From the sequence record NZ_CP094683.1: a stretch of 52,093 bases of DNA. One strand, 5' to 3'. Position numbers and translations under genes: made by a program. Origin of the DNA: a plasmid. The notes below the pieces were generated by a model that did no database searches, was not told the origin of the DNA, and worked only from the letters and a program-made list of their open reading frames with translations. Shown one piece after another: positions 36,556-46,489 of this stretch; positions within the stretch are counted from its first letter, which is position 1, and each line of letters starts with the position of its first letter.

Positions 36556-37413
36556 TTATTTGCTGGTCAGGGGCGCGTCAGTGATGATGAGGCTGCCGCC
36601 AAACGGAGCCGTCACATGCGCGTAACCATTGACATCAACAAAGAAGTTCGGAGCCGCAACGCGTGTATAAACGTTGGTAGCCCTGTCGTAGGAGTAAACG
36701 ACGATCGTGTCGGTATTCAGCGCGGAAAGATCCAGCTTGGCGCAGAACTCGGCGTTCACACCGGCCAGCGGGCTTGCCTCACCATAGGAAACAACGACGA
36801 TATCGTTTGTGAAATACTTGTTGAACCTGTCAAGCACGCTCTTAACAGCCTTGTCGGTCACATCATAGGAAACCGTCGTGTTGACAGTCTCGGTAACGTT
36901 TGCCAGATCAGCCGGATCAAGTGTGATGCGGGTGATGACCTTACCATTGACAACCTTGTCGATGTTGATCGTCAGGTTGACATCGACGCCGGACTTCGCT
37001 TCAGCAGCGGCAACCGCATCGTTAATAGCCTTGATGGCCGCAGGAGACAGGCTGTTCACATTGTTGAAGGTAACAGAAGCGTTCGCACTGCTCTGGCCGG
37101 CTGCCTGCGCGTCAGCGATCGCCTTGGTGGCCGCATCAGAGGCAGCTTTTGAAGCCGCAGCCGCGCTCAACGTTTTAGCCGCACCGGTATTGGTCTTGTC
37201 GCTGACGATCCCGAGCTTGGAGCCGGAGGACGAACCGCCGCCACCACCGTTGCCGCCGCTGATAATACCGCTGTCCTGGGGATTACCGCTGTCCTGATTA
37301 CCGCTGTCCTGCGAATCCTGTACAGCAGGGCTGATGCCTTCCGCTGCGCTGACCATGACCGCGCAGCTAAACAGCATGCAGACAGCCAGGATAAGCGCCA
37401 ATGCTTTTTTCAT
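36556..37413 (-). CDS. Secreted protein of unknown function. Signal peptide, then a Ser/Gly/Asp/Gln low-complexity linker, then an Ala-rich region, then a beta-rich C-terminal domain.
   Basis: N-terminal 'MKKALALILAVCMLFSCAVMVSA' signal peptide, followed by repeats of QDSGN. Confidence 0.55.
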   Translation of the reverse strand: MKKALALILAVCMLFSCAVMVSAAEGISPAVQDSQDSGNQDSGNPQDSGIISGGNGGGGGSSSGSKLGIVSDKTNTGAAKTLSAAAASKAASDAATKAIADAQAAGQSSANASVTFNNVNSLSPAAIKAINDAVAAAEAKSGVDVNLTINIDKVVNGKVITRITLDPADLANVTETVNTTVSYDVTDKAVKSVLDRFNKYFTNDIVVVSYGEASPLAGVNAEFCAKLDLSALNTDTIVVYSYDRATNVYTRVAAPNFFVDVNGYAHVTAPFGGSLIITDAPLTSK

Positions 37414-37809
37414 TGTTGATACACTCTCCTCTTTTCCGATTTTGGAATCGAAATAGATTTTTTATGTCATCACCTTCCACGGGCGATATGACATCATTGT
37501 AATATGCAGACTCCCGGACGCACACAAGCCAACAAGGTCAAATGGATGAGCGTCTGTTTTTTGTGCCTGTCCATTTCCCCTATTGGTATATTTTTCATTA
37601 TCTCATTATAGGTTTTCAATCGCTTCTTGTCAAGCAATTTTCGGCACATATCGAGCATATGGGCGTATAATCGGGTGCGTATATTCATAGAAGTTTTGGA
37701 GGAAATGACAATTTCATTATGAAGCTCCTACAAGGCCGGGTAAAATGGGCGGACCGGCCCGCAGGCCGGTCCGTCCGTGGCTGGAGATTATATCAATGAA
37801 AGGGGATGT

Positions 37810-38886
37810 TTATTTTGTGCTGACACGTTCATTCGACAAAATGTAAGTTGTCAGCGTCCTTGTTTGAAGTTCAAATGTATCATCATCTTCATTATACGTA
37901 ACCGTGCGTGTGATATCACGCAGCTTTCCCTTGCTGTCCGCCGTATAAATATAGACATCGTCCGGGTCGATATCGCTGTCAAACGGATTGTTGAGCGCCA
38001 GCGTTGCCCGGCCGCTGGCAGGGATTGTTGCGGCTGTAAATTTGCGGATCACTGCATCCGTGTTGTGGAATTTCGAACTTAAAGAGCTGGGCCATTTTGT
38101 CGACATGGCCGCATAAAATTTGGAAGGGTTGCTGTTCGCTTTATAGGTCAGCGTTGCATACGTGTCGCTGCCTTCAAAAACAACCTCGTTGGTTACATTT
38201 TTTTCCGGGCGAATAGTAACGCCCTTGTTGCCGACGGTTACGCTCGCGCTATCGCCGTCCTCCTCTTGATTTCCGACATACAGGGTTCCGGTCAGCGTCA
38301 ATTTATCGCCGGATTTACCATTAAAAAACTGTGTGTAGCGTGTCACGCCGTTTTCCGTCACTTCGTCGTTTTTTGTGTCGGTGCGCTTTCCATAACAGAG
38401 CACAGCCGGCTTGCGCGCGGTAAATGTCACAGAAAATTCGATCTTCTGTTCATCCACGCCCGTCATGTCGTTGAGCTCCAGCGCAATATAGCTGTTGCGC
38501 TGATTCGTATAAAACTGAGCGTAATCATTGCTTGTGGGATTCTGTTGATTGGGGACATAAATTGTATTTTTAGAGGAATTTGTCAGCTTTTTTTCAACAA
38601 CCTTGATCGATTTGATCAGCTTGGAGTTTTTTTCCTTTCTTGTGGAAATACGCACATCCTTTGATGAATCCGCCCAATCGGCAAGCGTCACGGGCAGGGT
38701 AAAATACACCGTTTGTCCCGGCTGGGCCGTATCCCCGATGGAAAATTGCCCGCCGTCTTCATTCAGCGGATTTCCAGTAATATTCGTAATTTGATAGGTG
38801 CGCGCGCCCTGATCGATGGCAAACGCCGGCATTTGAAGCGACAGGACAGCCGCAGCCGACAAAATACCTGCAAGTATTTTTTTCAT
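37810..38886 (-). CDS. Secreted protein paralogous to the NTGR-ending family, but this copy ends ...YILSNERVSTK with no PNTGR.
   Basis: Signal peptide MKKILAGILSAAAVLSLQMPAFA. Its C-terminal third aligns with the 1..594 and 49652..50776 products (KFYAAMSTKW...RTLTTYIL). Confidence 0.7.
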   Translation of the reverse strand: MKKILAGILSAAAVLSLQMPAFAIDQGARTYQITNITGNPLNEDGGQFSIGDTAQPGQTVYFTLPVTLADWADSSKDVRISTRKEKNSKLIKSIKVVEKKLTNSSKNTIYVPNQQNPTSNDYAQFYTNQRNSYIALELNDMTGVDEQKIEFSVTFTARKPAVLCYGKRTDTKNDEVTENGVTRYTQFFNGKSGDKLTLTGTLYVGNQEEDGDSASVTVGNKGVTIRPEKNVTNEVVFEGSDTYATLTYKANSNPSKFYAAMSTKWPSSLSSKFHNTDAVIRKFTAATIPASGRATLALNNPFDSDIDPDDVYIYTADSKGKLRDITRTVTYNEDDDTFELQTRTLTTYILSNERVSTK

Positions 38887-38984
38887 GATGCTTTCTCCCT
38901 TTTTCTTGATGGGTCTGGATACGCCCTCTGTATAAAGAGTGCGTTTATATGGAAGAATTACTGCATATTATTTTCCTTTTTTAT

Positions 38985-39150
38985 TTGGCCTGTGATCTTT
39001 ATACGCCGGGCGGCTTTAGCGCGCGACCCCTGCACGGTCACAGCGGCGCCGGAAACTATAGCTTCCGGCGCCTTCGCGCGGCTTTCCGAAGCGCGTCGGC
39101 TGCCCCGCTGTTCGCGGCACATCTGACTAAAGTTTTTTAGCATACCTTTT
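38985..39150. repeat. Short BIME/REP-like element copy.
   Basis: 'ccgctgttcgcggcacatctgactaaagttttttagcatacc-T7-A7-ggtatgct' matches the terminal modules of the family, with compensatory stem changes. Confidence 0.65.
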
Positions 39151-39152
39151 TT

Positions 39153-40085
39153 TTAAAAAAGGTATGCTGACAGCTGCGTAATGAAAGGGATAGTCAAAAT
39201 GGAAAACAGCGTGGTAACGGCGACCAGCCGCGCGCCGAGCGCGGCGTCCGCGCCGTAGCGCGCAGGCATCATCACACAACTGATCGCCGTGGGACAGGCG
39301 CTCGCAATCATAATTCCAAGCGAAACTGTTTTTGCTCCATCAAACCAGGAAGGTACGCGCAGCGCCACAAGCACAGCCAGCATCAAAAGCGGCAGAATCA
39401 ACAGCCGCATCGCGGCCGTGAGCCACAGGCGGGGATCGTTAAACAACGTTTTCGGATCAACCTCCGCAATCAAAATTCCTGTGATAATCATTGGCAGCGG
39501 CGTATTTAATCCCGCAAGATATCCCATCGCATCGTGCAAAATACCAGGCAGCCGGATGCGCAGCAAAAACATCGCCGCACCAAGCAGCGCTGCAACAACG
39601 CATGGCGTCAGGAGAAATTCGCGCGGCTTAACCCGGCGCGTCCGCCGCAGAATCATCACGCCGTGCGACCATATGTAAAGATTGAACACCGCAATATAAA
39701 CCGCTGCAACCAGCGCGCCAAGCTCGCCCATGACGGCGCTCATCAGCGGAATTCCCATAAAACCGCAATTTGAACAGATTGCGGACAGCCGGCCCACAGA
39801 ATCATAATCATTGCGCATTCCCCTGAACACAAGCTTTGTAACCGGAATGGACAAAAGGTGAAATACTGCCGCCAACAGCGCAGTTGCTGCGATCAACAAG
39901 CCCAGTTCCGGTTCAAAATCGCGCTGAAACGATTGTATCAGCAGCGTAGGCGTGACGATTAACAGCACAAAGCCCGAAAACTGCCCGGCCGATACTTCCG
40001 AAACGATGCCGCGCTTGCGGATAAAAATCCCAACGCCGAGCAGTATAAACATTACGGCAACCTGTTCTGCCAATTTCAGCGCCAT
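39153..40085 (-). CDS. Auxin-efflux-carrier (AEC) family transporter.
   Basis: ~310 aa, 8-10 TM helices, with AEC-like N- and C-terminal repeats. Confidence 0.75.
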   Translation of the reverse strand: MALKLAEQVAVMFILLGVGIFIRKRGIVSEVSAGQFSGFVLLIVTPTLLIQSFQRDFEPELGLLIAATALLAAVFHLLSIPVTKLVFRGMRNDYDSVGRLSAICSNCGFMGIPLMSAVMGELGALVAAVYIAVFNLYIWSHGVMILRRTRRVKPREFLLTPCVVAALLGAAMFLLRIRLPGILHDAMGYLAGLNTPLPMIITGILIAEVDPKTLFNDPRLWLTAAMRLLILPLLMLAVLVALRVPSWFDGAKTVSLGIMIASACPTAISCVMMPARYGADAALGARLVAVTTLFSILTIPFITQLSAYLF

Positions 40086-40177
40086 TCTTCACCAATTCCT
40101 TTCCAGGGCTTGTTTAAAAATAGAGAAATTTTTGGATTTTTCAAACCGCCCCTGGCGCGCGATTGCGCCCTTTTATC

Positions 40178-42112
40178 TTATTCCGCAAGCTCCGCCCATT
40201 CCTCGATAAGAGCGTTGAGCCGCTCTCGCGTCTGTTCGAGCTGCGCGCAGACTTCGGACACCTTTTGATAGTCGCTTGATATCTCAGGCGCGGCCAGTGA
40301 AGCCTGAAGCCGTTCGATCTCGTACTCGTGATCAGAAATCGCCTGCTCGACTTCGATCAGGCGATTTTTACGGCGGACCGCTTCGGCGCGCTGCTTTTTG
40401 CTGCGATGATATTCGCCGGCACCGCTTTCTGCCGGCGCGGGGCGCGCCGCCTGTTCCGGCGCTGCCGCGGGAAAGCCCGCGGCCGGCGCGCCGGGGCGGC
40501 GCGCCGCAAGGTATGCGTCATAACCGCCCTTATAAAGCGTAAAACCTTCCTCCGTCATTTCAGCGATGCAGGTCGGCATCCGCGAGAGCAGGTAGCGGTC
40601 GTGCGAAACGGCGAGAATCGTGCCTTCATACCGCATGAGCGCCTGGTCGAGCACCTCGCGCGTGGCCAGGTCGAGGTGGTTTGTCGGCTCGTCGAGCAAA
40701 AGGACATTGCCCTCCTCATACATCATGATCGCAAATTTCAGACGCGCCTTTTCACCGCCGGAAAGCATTTCAACCCGCTTATAAATCGTCTCGCCGGAAA
40801 AGCGCAGGTTCCCAAGCATTGTGCGCACATCGCGCTCATAAGCCGCCGGGAACCGATCCCACAGCTCGGCAAGCGCCGTTTTGCCCGGATGCAGGTCAAG
40901 CTGTTCCTGTTCAAAATAGGATACCTTCACATTGCGGCCCCAACGAATTGAGCCGGCCTCCGGCTTGAGCCGCCCGAGCAGGGCCTTTAAAAAGGTCGAT
41001 TTGCCCACGCCGTTGCGACCGACAATCGCTATTTTTTCGCCGCGCATCAGGTCAAAATCCACAGTTTGGCACAATATCCGTCCACCGGCCGCGCCGCCCG
41101 CGCGCAGCGTCAAACCCGCGACATGCAGCACGTCCTTGACCGGCTCCTGCTCAAAATGAAAGGCGATGCGCGCCGGCGCCGGCGGAGGCGGCGGACGGTC
41201 GAGCGGCTCCATGCGCTCAAGCTGCTTTTCACGGCTGCGCGCCATCGCAACGGTCGAAGCGCGCGCCTTGTTGCGCGCGATATAATCTGTCAGCTTTGCG
41301 ATATTCTGCCGCTGCATCTCATATTCCTTGACAGCGCGTTCATACGCCGCCTCGCGCGTATGCATATACTTTGTATAGTTGCCGCGGTAGGCTGTCAGGC
41401 GCAGATTAGCCACATCCCAGATGCGCGTGCAGACCTTATCAAGAAAATAACGGTCGTGTGAAACGACTATGAGCGCCCCGCGCCACGTCTGAAGATACTC
41501 CTCCAGCCATTGCAGCGTTATAAAATCGAGATGATTTGTCGGCTCGTCGAGCATGAGCACATCCGGCTCGTCAAGCAGCAGCTTTGCCAGCGCCAGACGC
41601 GTCTTTTCGCCGCCCGAAAGCGTACCGCAGACGGTATCCTGATCACGGCCGCCAAACCCCATGCCATTTAAAACCGTATTGATTTTGACGTCGATGTTGT
41701 AGCCGTCGTTTGTCTCAAAATAGGATTGCAGGCGGCCGTATTCCGCGGACAAAGTTTTATAATCGCCGCCTGCGCGGTCCGCAAGCGTTTCCATCTGCGC
41801 GGCCAGACGTTTGGCCTGCTCCTGCGCGTCGAGCAGGGGGCGGAATACGCCGCGCATTTCCTCGCGGATGGTGTTTGCGCTTTCAATCCCGCTGTTTTGA
41901 CGCAAAAAGCCGATGCGCAGGCCGCCGCGCACGGCGCGTTCGCCCTCGTCGGGCGCAAGCGAGCCGTCAAGCACGTTTAAAAGCGTCGATTTGCCCGCGC
42001 CGTTGACGCCGACAAGGCCGATGCGGTCGCCCTCCTCCACATTTACGGAGACGTTCATAAATATAACCTTATCGGCAAATAATTTACTGACATGATCCAG
42101 ACTGATGAGCAT
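40178..42112 (-). CDS. ABC-F family ATPase: two ABC domains and a C-terminal coiled coil, no TM domain (translation-factor type, Uup/EttA-like).
   Basis: Two Walker A sites (GVNGAGKST; GRNGVGKST), two LSGGE signatures, an interdomain linker, and a basic C-terminal tail. Confidence 0.9.
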   Translation of the reverse strand: MLISLDHVSKLFADKVIFMNVSVNVEEGDRIGLVGVNGAGKSTLLNVLDGSLAPDEGERAVRGGLRIGFLRQNSGIESANTIREEMRGVFRPLLDAQEQAKRLAAQMETLADRAGGDYKTLSAEYGRLQSYFETNDGYNIDVKINTVLNGMGFGGRDQDTVCGTLSGGEKTRLALAKLLLDEPDVLMLDEPTNHLDFITLQWLEEYLQTWRGALIVVSHDRYFLDKVCTRIWDVANLRLTAYRGNYTKYMHTREAAYERAVKEYEMQRQNIAKLTDYIARNKARASTVAMARSREKQLERMEPLDRPPPPPAPARIAFHFEQEPVKDVLHVAGLTLRAGGAAGGRILCQTVDFDLMRGEKIAIVGRNGVGKSTFLKALLGRLKPEAGSIRWGRNVKVSYFEQEQLDLHPGKTALAELWDRFPAAYERDVRTMLGNLRFSGETIYKRVEMLSGGEKARLKFAIMMYEEGNVLLLDEPTNHLDLATREVLDQALMRYEGTILAVSHDRYLLSRMPTCIAEMTEEGFTLYKGGYDAYLAARRPGAPAAGFPAAAPEQAARPAPAESGAGEYHRSKKQRAEAVRRKNRLIEVEQAISDHEYEIERLQASLAAPEISSDYQKVSEVCAQLEQTRERLNALIEEWAELAE

Positions 42113-42133
42113 ACGTTCCCCTCTCCCCCGCGC

Positions 42134-43453
42134 TCATTCGTCCCCGCCAAGCAGGGCTGCCGCGTCCGTTTCCGGCAGCTCGCCGACCTGCGCCAAACGC
42201 CGGCGGATAGCGCGTGTGCGCACGCCGACAAGCTTGTCAAGCTCGCTGCCCGCCTGTTCCAGACGCTGCTGTGTCGTTTCAAGCACGTCGCCGAAGCGGT
42301 TGAATTCCGTTTTGACTGCGCCGAGCACCTGCCAGACCTCGGCCGACCGCTTTTGGATCGCCAACGTTTTAAAGCCCATCTGCAGGCTGTTAAGCAGCGC
42401 GGCCATAGTCGTCGGTCCCGCGACAACCACCTTGTAGTCTCGCTGGAGCTGTTCGACCAGGTCAAGCTGGAGCACCTGTGCATACAGGCCCTCAAACGGT
42501 AGAAACATGACTGCAAAATCGGTCGTATGCGGCGGGTCGATGTATTTATCGCGGATATCGCGCGCAAACGCCTTGACGCGTGTCTTTAACAGCCTGGCCG
42601 CCTCGTCGATTGCTTCGCGGTCGCCCAGATCATACGCCTGCGTCAATTGTATATAAGCGTCGGCCGGAAATTTCGCGTCAATCGGCAGATAGACGGGCGT
42701 CTCCCCATCCCCCGGCAGGACCACGGCAAATTCAACCGGGTTGCGGCTGTCGCGCCGCGTCGCAACGTTCGTTTCATATTGACCGGGCGCAAGGATATCC
42801 TCCAAAATCGCGCCGAGCTGCACCTCGCCGAGAAGGCCGCGCGTTTTGACGTTCGAAAGCACCTTTTTCAGGTCCCCAACTCCAGCCGCAAGCGTCTGCA
42901 TTTCGCCCAGGCCCTTGTATACCTGCTCAAGCCGTTCGCTCACCATTTTAAACGATTGTCCAAGACGCGTTTCCAGCGTTTTTTCAAGGCGTTCGTCGAC
43001 CGTTTTGCGCATCTGCTCAAGCTTTGCGGCGTTGTCCTCCTGCATTGCGGACAGCCTGTTTTCGACCGTCGAGCGGATGCCCGAAAGCTGCTGTTCATTC
43101 TGCGCCATGAATTGGGCGAACCGGCCGTCAATGCCGCGCGTCAGCTCCGCAACCGTTTTCTGCAGGCTGTCCTGCCGGATTGAAAGTTCGCGCGATTGCT
43201 GCTGCTGACCGGCAGCCAGCGTCCGCCCGAGCGATTCGACCGCTTCCATCGCCGCCCGGCTGCTCTCCTGGCGCGTTTGGCGCGCTTCCTCCGACAGCGC
43301 CGTGCGCTGCCGGTCCAGCGCGTTATAAAGGCCGTCCATATCGGTCCTTCCATTGCCGGCCGCTTTGGCGGCTAAAATGGCCGCGGCTGCGGCCGCCAAT
43401 AAGGAAAAGAGCGTCAGCAGCAGCAGGATAAAAAGAAAGGGTTCCTGTGGCAT
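42134..43453 (-). CDS. rmuC: DNA recombination protein RmuC.
   Basis: N-terminal TM helix, a long coiled-coil region, and a C-terminal 'VLPGDGETPVYLPIDAKFP...DFAVMFLPFEGLY' RmuC nuclease-like domain. Confidence 0.85.
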   Translation of the reverse strand: MPQEPFLFILLLLTLFSLLAAAAAAILAAKAAGNGRTDMDGLYNALDRQRTALSEEARQTRQESSRAAMEAVESLGRTLAAGQQQQSRELSIRQDSLQKTVAELTRGIDGRFAQFMAQNEQQLSGIRSTVENRLSAMQEDNAAKLEQMRKTVDERLEKTLETRLGQSFKMVSERLEQVYKGLGEMQTLAAGVGDLKKVLSNVKTRGLLGEVQLGAILEDILAPGQYETNVATRRDSRNPVEFAVVLPGDGETPVYLPIDAKFPADAYIQLTQAYDLGDREAIDEAARLLKTRVKAFARDIRDKYIDPPHTTDFAVMFLPFEGLYAQVLQLDLVEQLQRDYKVVVAGPTTMAALLNSLQMGFKTLAIQKRSAEVWQVLGAVKTEFNRFGDVLETTQQRLEQAGSELDKLVGVRTRAIRRRLAQVGELPETDAAALLGGDE

Positions 43454-43983
43454 GATGTTTCCTCCAAAAAGAATGCCCGCGCTGCGGGCGTTTCGTATTT
43501 TTTTTTACCGGCCATGATTATATGGCGGCTGCAAAGGGCTCAGCCGTTTGTACTGCGCATATTATAGCATAATTTTTCCGCCAGGCAAAGCTATGTTTTT
43601 GCGCTGAAAACCGGGGGCCTCCCTTTTGTAAAAGGAGGCCCTTTTTAATGATTGATACAGTACTTACATTACTTACAGTACCTACAAACGGTGGATTCAG
43701 GCTGAAAAACTGGGCAAAATCCCCTTTGGTACGCTGTTTTGCAGGGATCTTGGTGTTTGTGTCACGGTGGTCGGTTTCGGTTTGTATGGTGGTCGGTTTT
43801 GGTTTGCACGGTGGTGTGATTCGGTTAGTTTGGTGGTGTGATTCGGTTTGTTTTGCCGGTTGGAAGTTATGTTATACTGGTTACAGGCTGTTTAAGGTTT
43901 GTTCCATTCATTTTTTTATGTATGAATTGAAGCGAAAATTGATGAAAACAGAAGATATTGTGAGGTCATTTGTTTTTTAGAAA

Positions 43984-44743
43984 AAAGGTACTCAGTTTCG
44001 GTTAGTGTGTACCAATATGTGATCAGCTTCCCTTTTTCGATCTTTTACAGCGTTTGCCTGTCCTGGATTGACATGAATTTTACGCTGCTTTTCCAGAAAT
44101 GGATTTGATTATAAGCGTTAGAATTCGGCTGAAAAATTGTGTAAATGGACGATAAATTGAAAAATTGTTTTGATGGTACCCAGTTTCGGTTAGCTTGTCA
44201 CTGGCTTGTCACCATCGCGTGTTTCTGGTTGGATGCCGGCGAAAATATTGGCCGCCAACAAAATCTGCGTTCAGCCGCATAGCGTCTGTCACAGATTTTG
44301 CTTGGGGCAGGCGAAGCAGCCTGCATAAATACTGAAACCTGTCCTGCTGTTTGCGGCACAGCCGGTTAAAGTTTTTTGGCTTACCTTTTTTTCAAAAAAG
44401 GCAAGTTTCAAAAAAACGGGAAAATCGGGGATTTCTATACGCAAGGTATTTGCTTTACGGGGTTTTTGTCGGATTTTCGTTATAATGATGGGCTGCATAA
44501 ACAAAAGAATTCAGCCGATAACGGGTGATTGAACGAGATAATCTCTCTAAGGTTCTTAAAAGGTACTCAGTTTCGGGTAGTGGTACCATTTAAGAAAATA
44601 CGGATTGTAAAAAGTGATGGAAACGCTTGATTTGCGCACAAAATAAAATAAGGCCTAATGCTTTGAATTCCGACAAAAATAAAAGAATTTGAGAGATAAA
44701 TCGATATTTAAATAATAAAAGGTACCCAGTTTCGGATAGTGGG
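43984..44743. repeat. Four dispersed direct repeats of a ~24-bp motif AAAAGGTAC(T/C)CAGTTTCGG(T/G/A)TAG(T/C)G at 43984, 44173, 44558 and 44717. Iteron / centromere-like.
   Basis: Read directly in an AT-richer ~1.3-kb non-coding region, downstream of the parG-parA pair. Shorter repeats (ggtggtcggttt x2, ggtggtgtgattcggtt x2) occur at 43775-43850. Confidence 0.6.
44268..44410. repeat. Short BIME/REP-like element copy inserted within the iteron-like region.
   Basis: 'cagcctgcataaatactgaaacctgtcctgctgtttgcggcacagccggttaaagttttttggcttacc-T7-C-A6-ggcaag' matches the 41-bp unit plus the terminal hairpin module. Confidence 0.65.
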
Positions 44744-44791
44744 AACTGATCTGTGGGACTGTTGTCTGTAAAGGTTCGGCACTTTTCACAG

Positions 44792-45247
44792 TCAGACGCC
44801 AAGAAGCTTTTTCAGAATATCATTGACAAGCTTGCTGTCAGTCACCTTTTGGGCAACGGCCGCCCGGTGCAGCGCGTCAATGACGGCCGCGTCGAGATAA
44901 AATGTTTTGTTCTTTGCGCTTCTCCCCTCGTCGCGCACGATGAATGCGGTCAAATCGACTGCCGGCGCGGCCTTCGCGCTTTTCGAACGCGCCTTCGGCT
45001 GTGCGGGAAGCGGCTGCGGCTCCCGGCTGCCGCTGTCCGCCGCGGGTGGCTCCGGGTGTTCTGCCTGGGCTGCCGCGCCGCTGTGCATATCCTGAAGCGG
45101 CATTTCCGCCGCTGTGCCGCCGGGCGCAAAGGCGCCCGGCGCGGTGGAGGCTGGCGCCTGCCGTTCCCCTTCCGCCTGACCGTCCGGATGCTGCCGGCGT
45201 TCCTTGGCCTGGCGTTCCAATACGCTTTTCGTAAACTTGTTTGCCAT
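44792..45247 (-). CDS. Ribbon-helix-helix (ParG/CopG-like) DNA-binding protein with a long disordered Pro/Ala/Glu-rich N-terminal tail. Probable centromere-binding partner of ParA.
   Basis: C-terminal 'KNKTFYLDAAVIDALHRAAVAQKVTDSKLVNDILKKLL' has a strand-helix-helix pattern. ATG 45247 after SD AGGGGGGG. Immediately downstream of parA on the same strand. Confidence 0.5.
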   Translation of the reverse strand: MANKFTKSVLERQAKERRQHPDGQAEGERQAPASTAPGAFAPGGTAAEMPLQDMHSGAAAQAEHPEPPAADSGSREPQPLPAQPKARSKSAKAAPAVDLTAFIVRDEGRSAKNKTFYLDAAVIDALHRAAVAQKVTDSKLVNDILKKLLGV

Positions 45248-45339
45248 GAGTATGCCCCCCTGAATGCAGTTTGATACATGGCGCGGGCCATTCGTCCGGC
45301 GAATAGACGCGCGCATAGGTTTTCTGTTCGCTGCCTCTA

Positions 45340-46152
45340 TTATAGGATATTTTTTTCGAACATTTCGTCGACAAGCGACGCAATCGCATCGCAGCCTTTG
45401 GAACGCAGGTCGTAAAGCGAGATCGGTATAGCGGCCAGTTCGCTTTCTGTGATGCGCACGTTGCGCGGGATAACTGTCTGGAACAGCAGCGCGCGCAGGT
45501 CCTCTACGTCGGGCGAGGTGCGAAGATATTCGAGGAAATCTGTTGACAGCTTGTTGCGCTGGTCGTAATCGTTGACGATGAAGCCGCGGATATTGTCGGC
45601 GCGGCGCAGGCGGCGGCGGGCGTCCTCCCACAGCGCGATGAAAAGCTGCGCGCCTTCGATGGCGTTCATGGAAACGTCGCTGACAAGCAGCACGGCGTCC
45701 GAGGCGAGAAATGCGTTTTGGTTGACGATCGACATGCTTGGGTTGGTGTCGATGAAAATATAGTCGTAGGCATCAAAAAATTCCCGGTTGTCGGCCAGAT
45801 AGTTTGAGAGGATCTGTTCGCGCCCGGCGACGGATGCTATTTTCAGCTCCGCTTTGTGCAGGAAGATCGACCCGGCGATCATATCGAGCTGCGGCAGGCG
45901 TTCGATCGGCTGGCGCACGACGAGCGCCTGCGGGTCGGGCTGGTCGGTTTCGATGTTATATATATCGTATGTTGTGAGAAGATCCGCGCTTGTGCGGTCG
46001 ATGCCCATGTTGTTTGTCAGATTGCCCTGCAAATCGGAATCGATGACGAGCACGCGCTTGCCAAGCTGCGACACAATGCCCCCGATGTTAAAGCAGAGCA
46101 TTGTTTTGCCGACGCCGCCCTTGAGCGTTCCAAAGGTGATGATTTTTGCCAT
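45340..46152 (-). CDS. parA: ParA/Soj-family partition ATPase.
   Basis: Deviant Walker A 'GTLKGGVGKTMLCFNIG' and overall ParA pattern. Start MAKIITF after SD GGAGG. Confidence 0.85.
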   Translation of the reverse strand: MAKIITFGTLKGGVGKTMLCFNIGGIVSQLGKRVLVIDSDLQGNLTNNMGIDRTSADLLTTYDIYNIETDQPDPQALVVRQPIERLPQLDMIAGSIFLHKAELKIASVAGREQILSNYLADNREFFDAYDYIFIDTNPSMSIVNQNAFLASDAVLLVSDVSMNAIEGAQLFIALWEDARRRLRRADNIRGFIVNDYDQRNKLSTDFLEYLRTSPDVEDLRALLFQTVIPRNVRITESELAAIPISLYDLRSKGCDAIASLVDEMFEKNIL

Positions 46153-46167
46153 GGCCAAAGCCTCCAA

Positions 46168-46489
46168 TAGATTCGTTATTGTATAAACGATTCAATTATT
46201 TAGGACAGTATACCATACAATCGCTGTGATATGCAAGCATATAATGTCGATTGTATGCGTAAATACAGTGTTTTATACAATTGAAAATATATTAAAATAT
46301 ACATTTTTTATTAAATAAGCCATTAGATAACATAATATATTTTAACATATAATATTTAATAGAGAAACAAATGCATTAGTTAATATAATTTATATTAGAA
46401 AAACAATTATATTGTCGAATAGAAAAGTGAATATGCTTGCGATTCAATCCGCGGATATGATAGGATATAAATTAAGGAGATGATCACAT
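46168..46489. other. AT-rich ~320-bp divergent intergenic region between parA and the primase-helicase gene. Candidate replication origin / partition site / divergent promoters.
   Basis: Strikingly AT-rich with multiple short repeats (ATATAAT, TATACAAT, TTAAAATAT), in an otherwise GC-rich window. Confidence 0.3.

Noticed and set aside
37494-37688. 64-aa basic ORF (minus strand) in the AT-rich intergenic region between the two secreted-protein genes.
   Set aside because: No Shine-Dalgarno on the correct strand; AT-rich DNA readily gives such ORFs. It could still be a small regulatory protein; unresolved.
43648-43980. 110-aa ORF in the iteron-like region.
   Set aside because: It is composed of the short tandem repeats (ggtggtcggttt…), has no RBS, and yields an odd Cys/Trp/Val-rich product. 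The region is better explained as non-coding repeat DNA.
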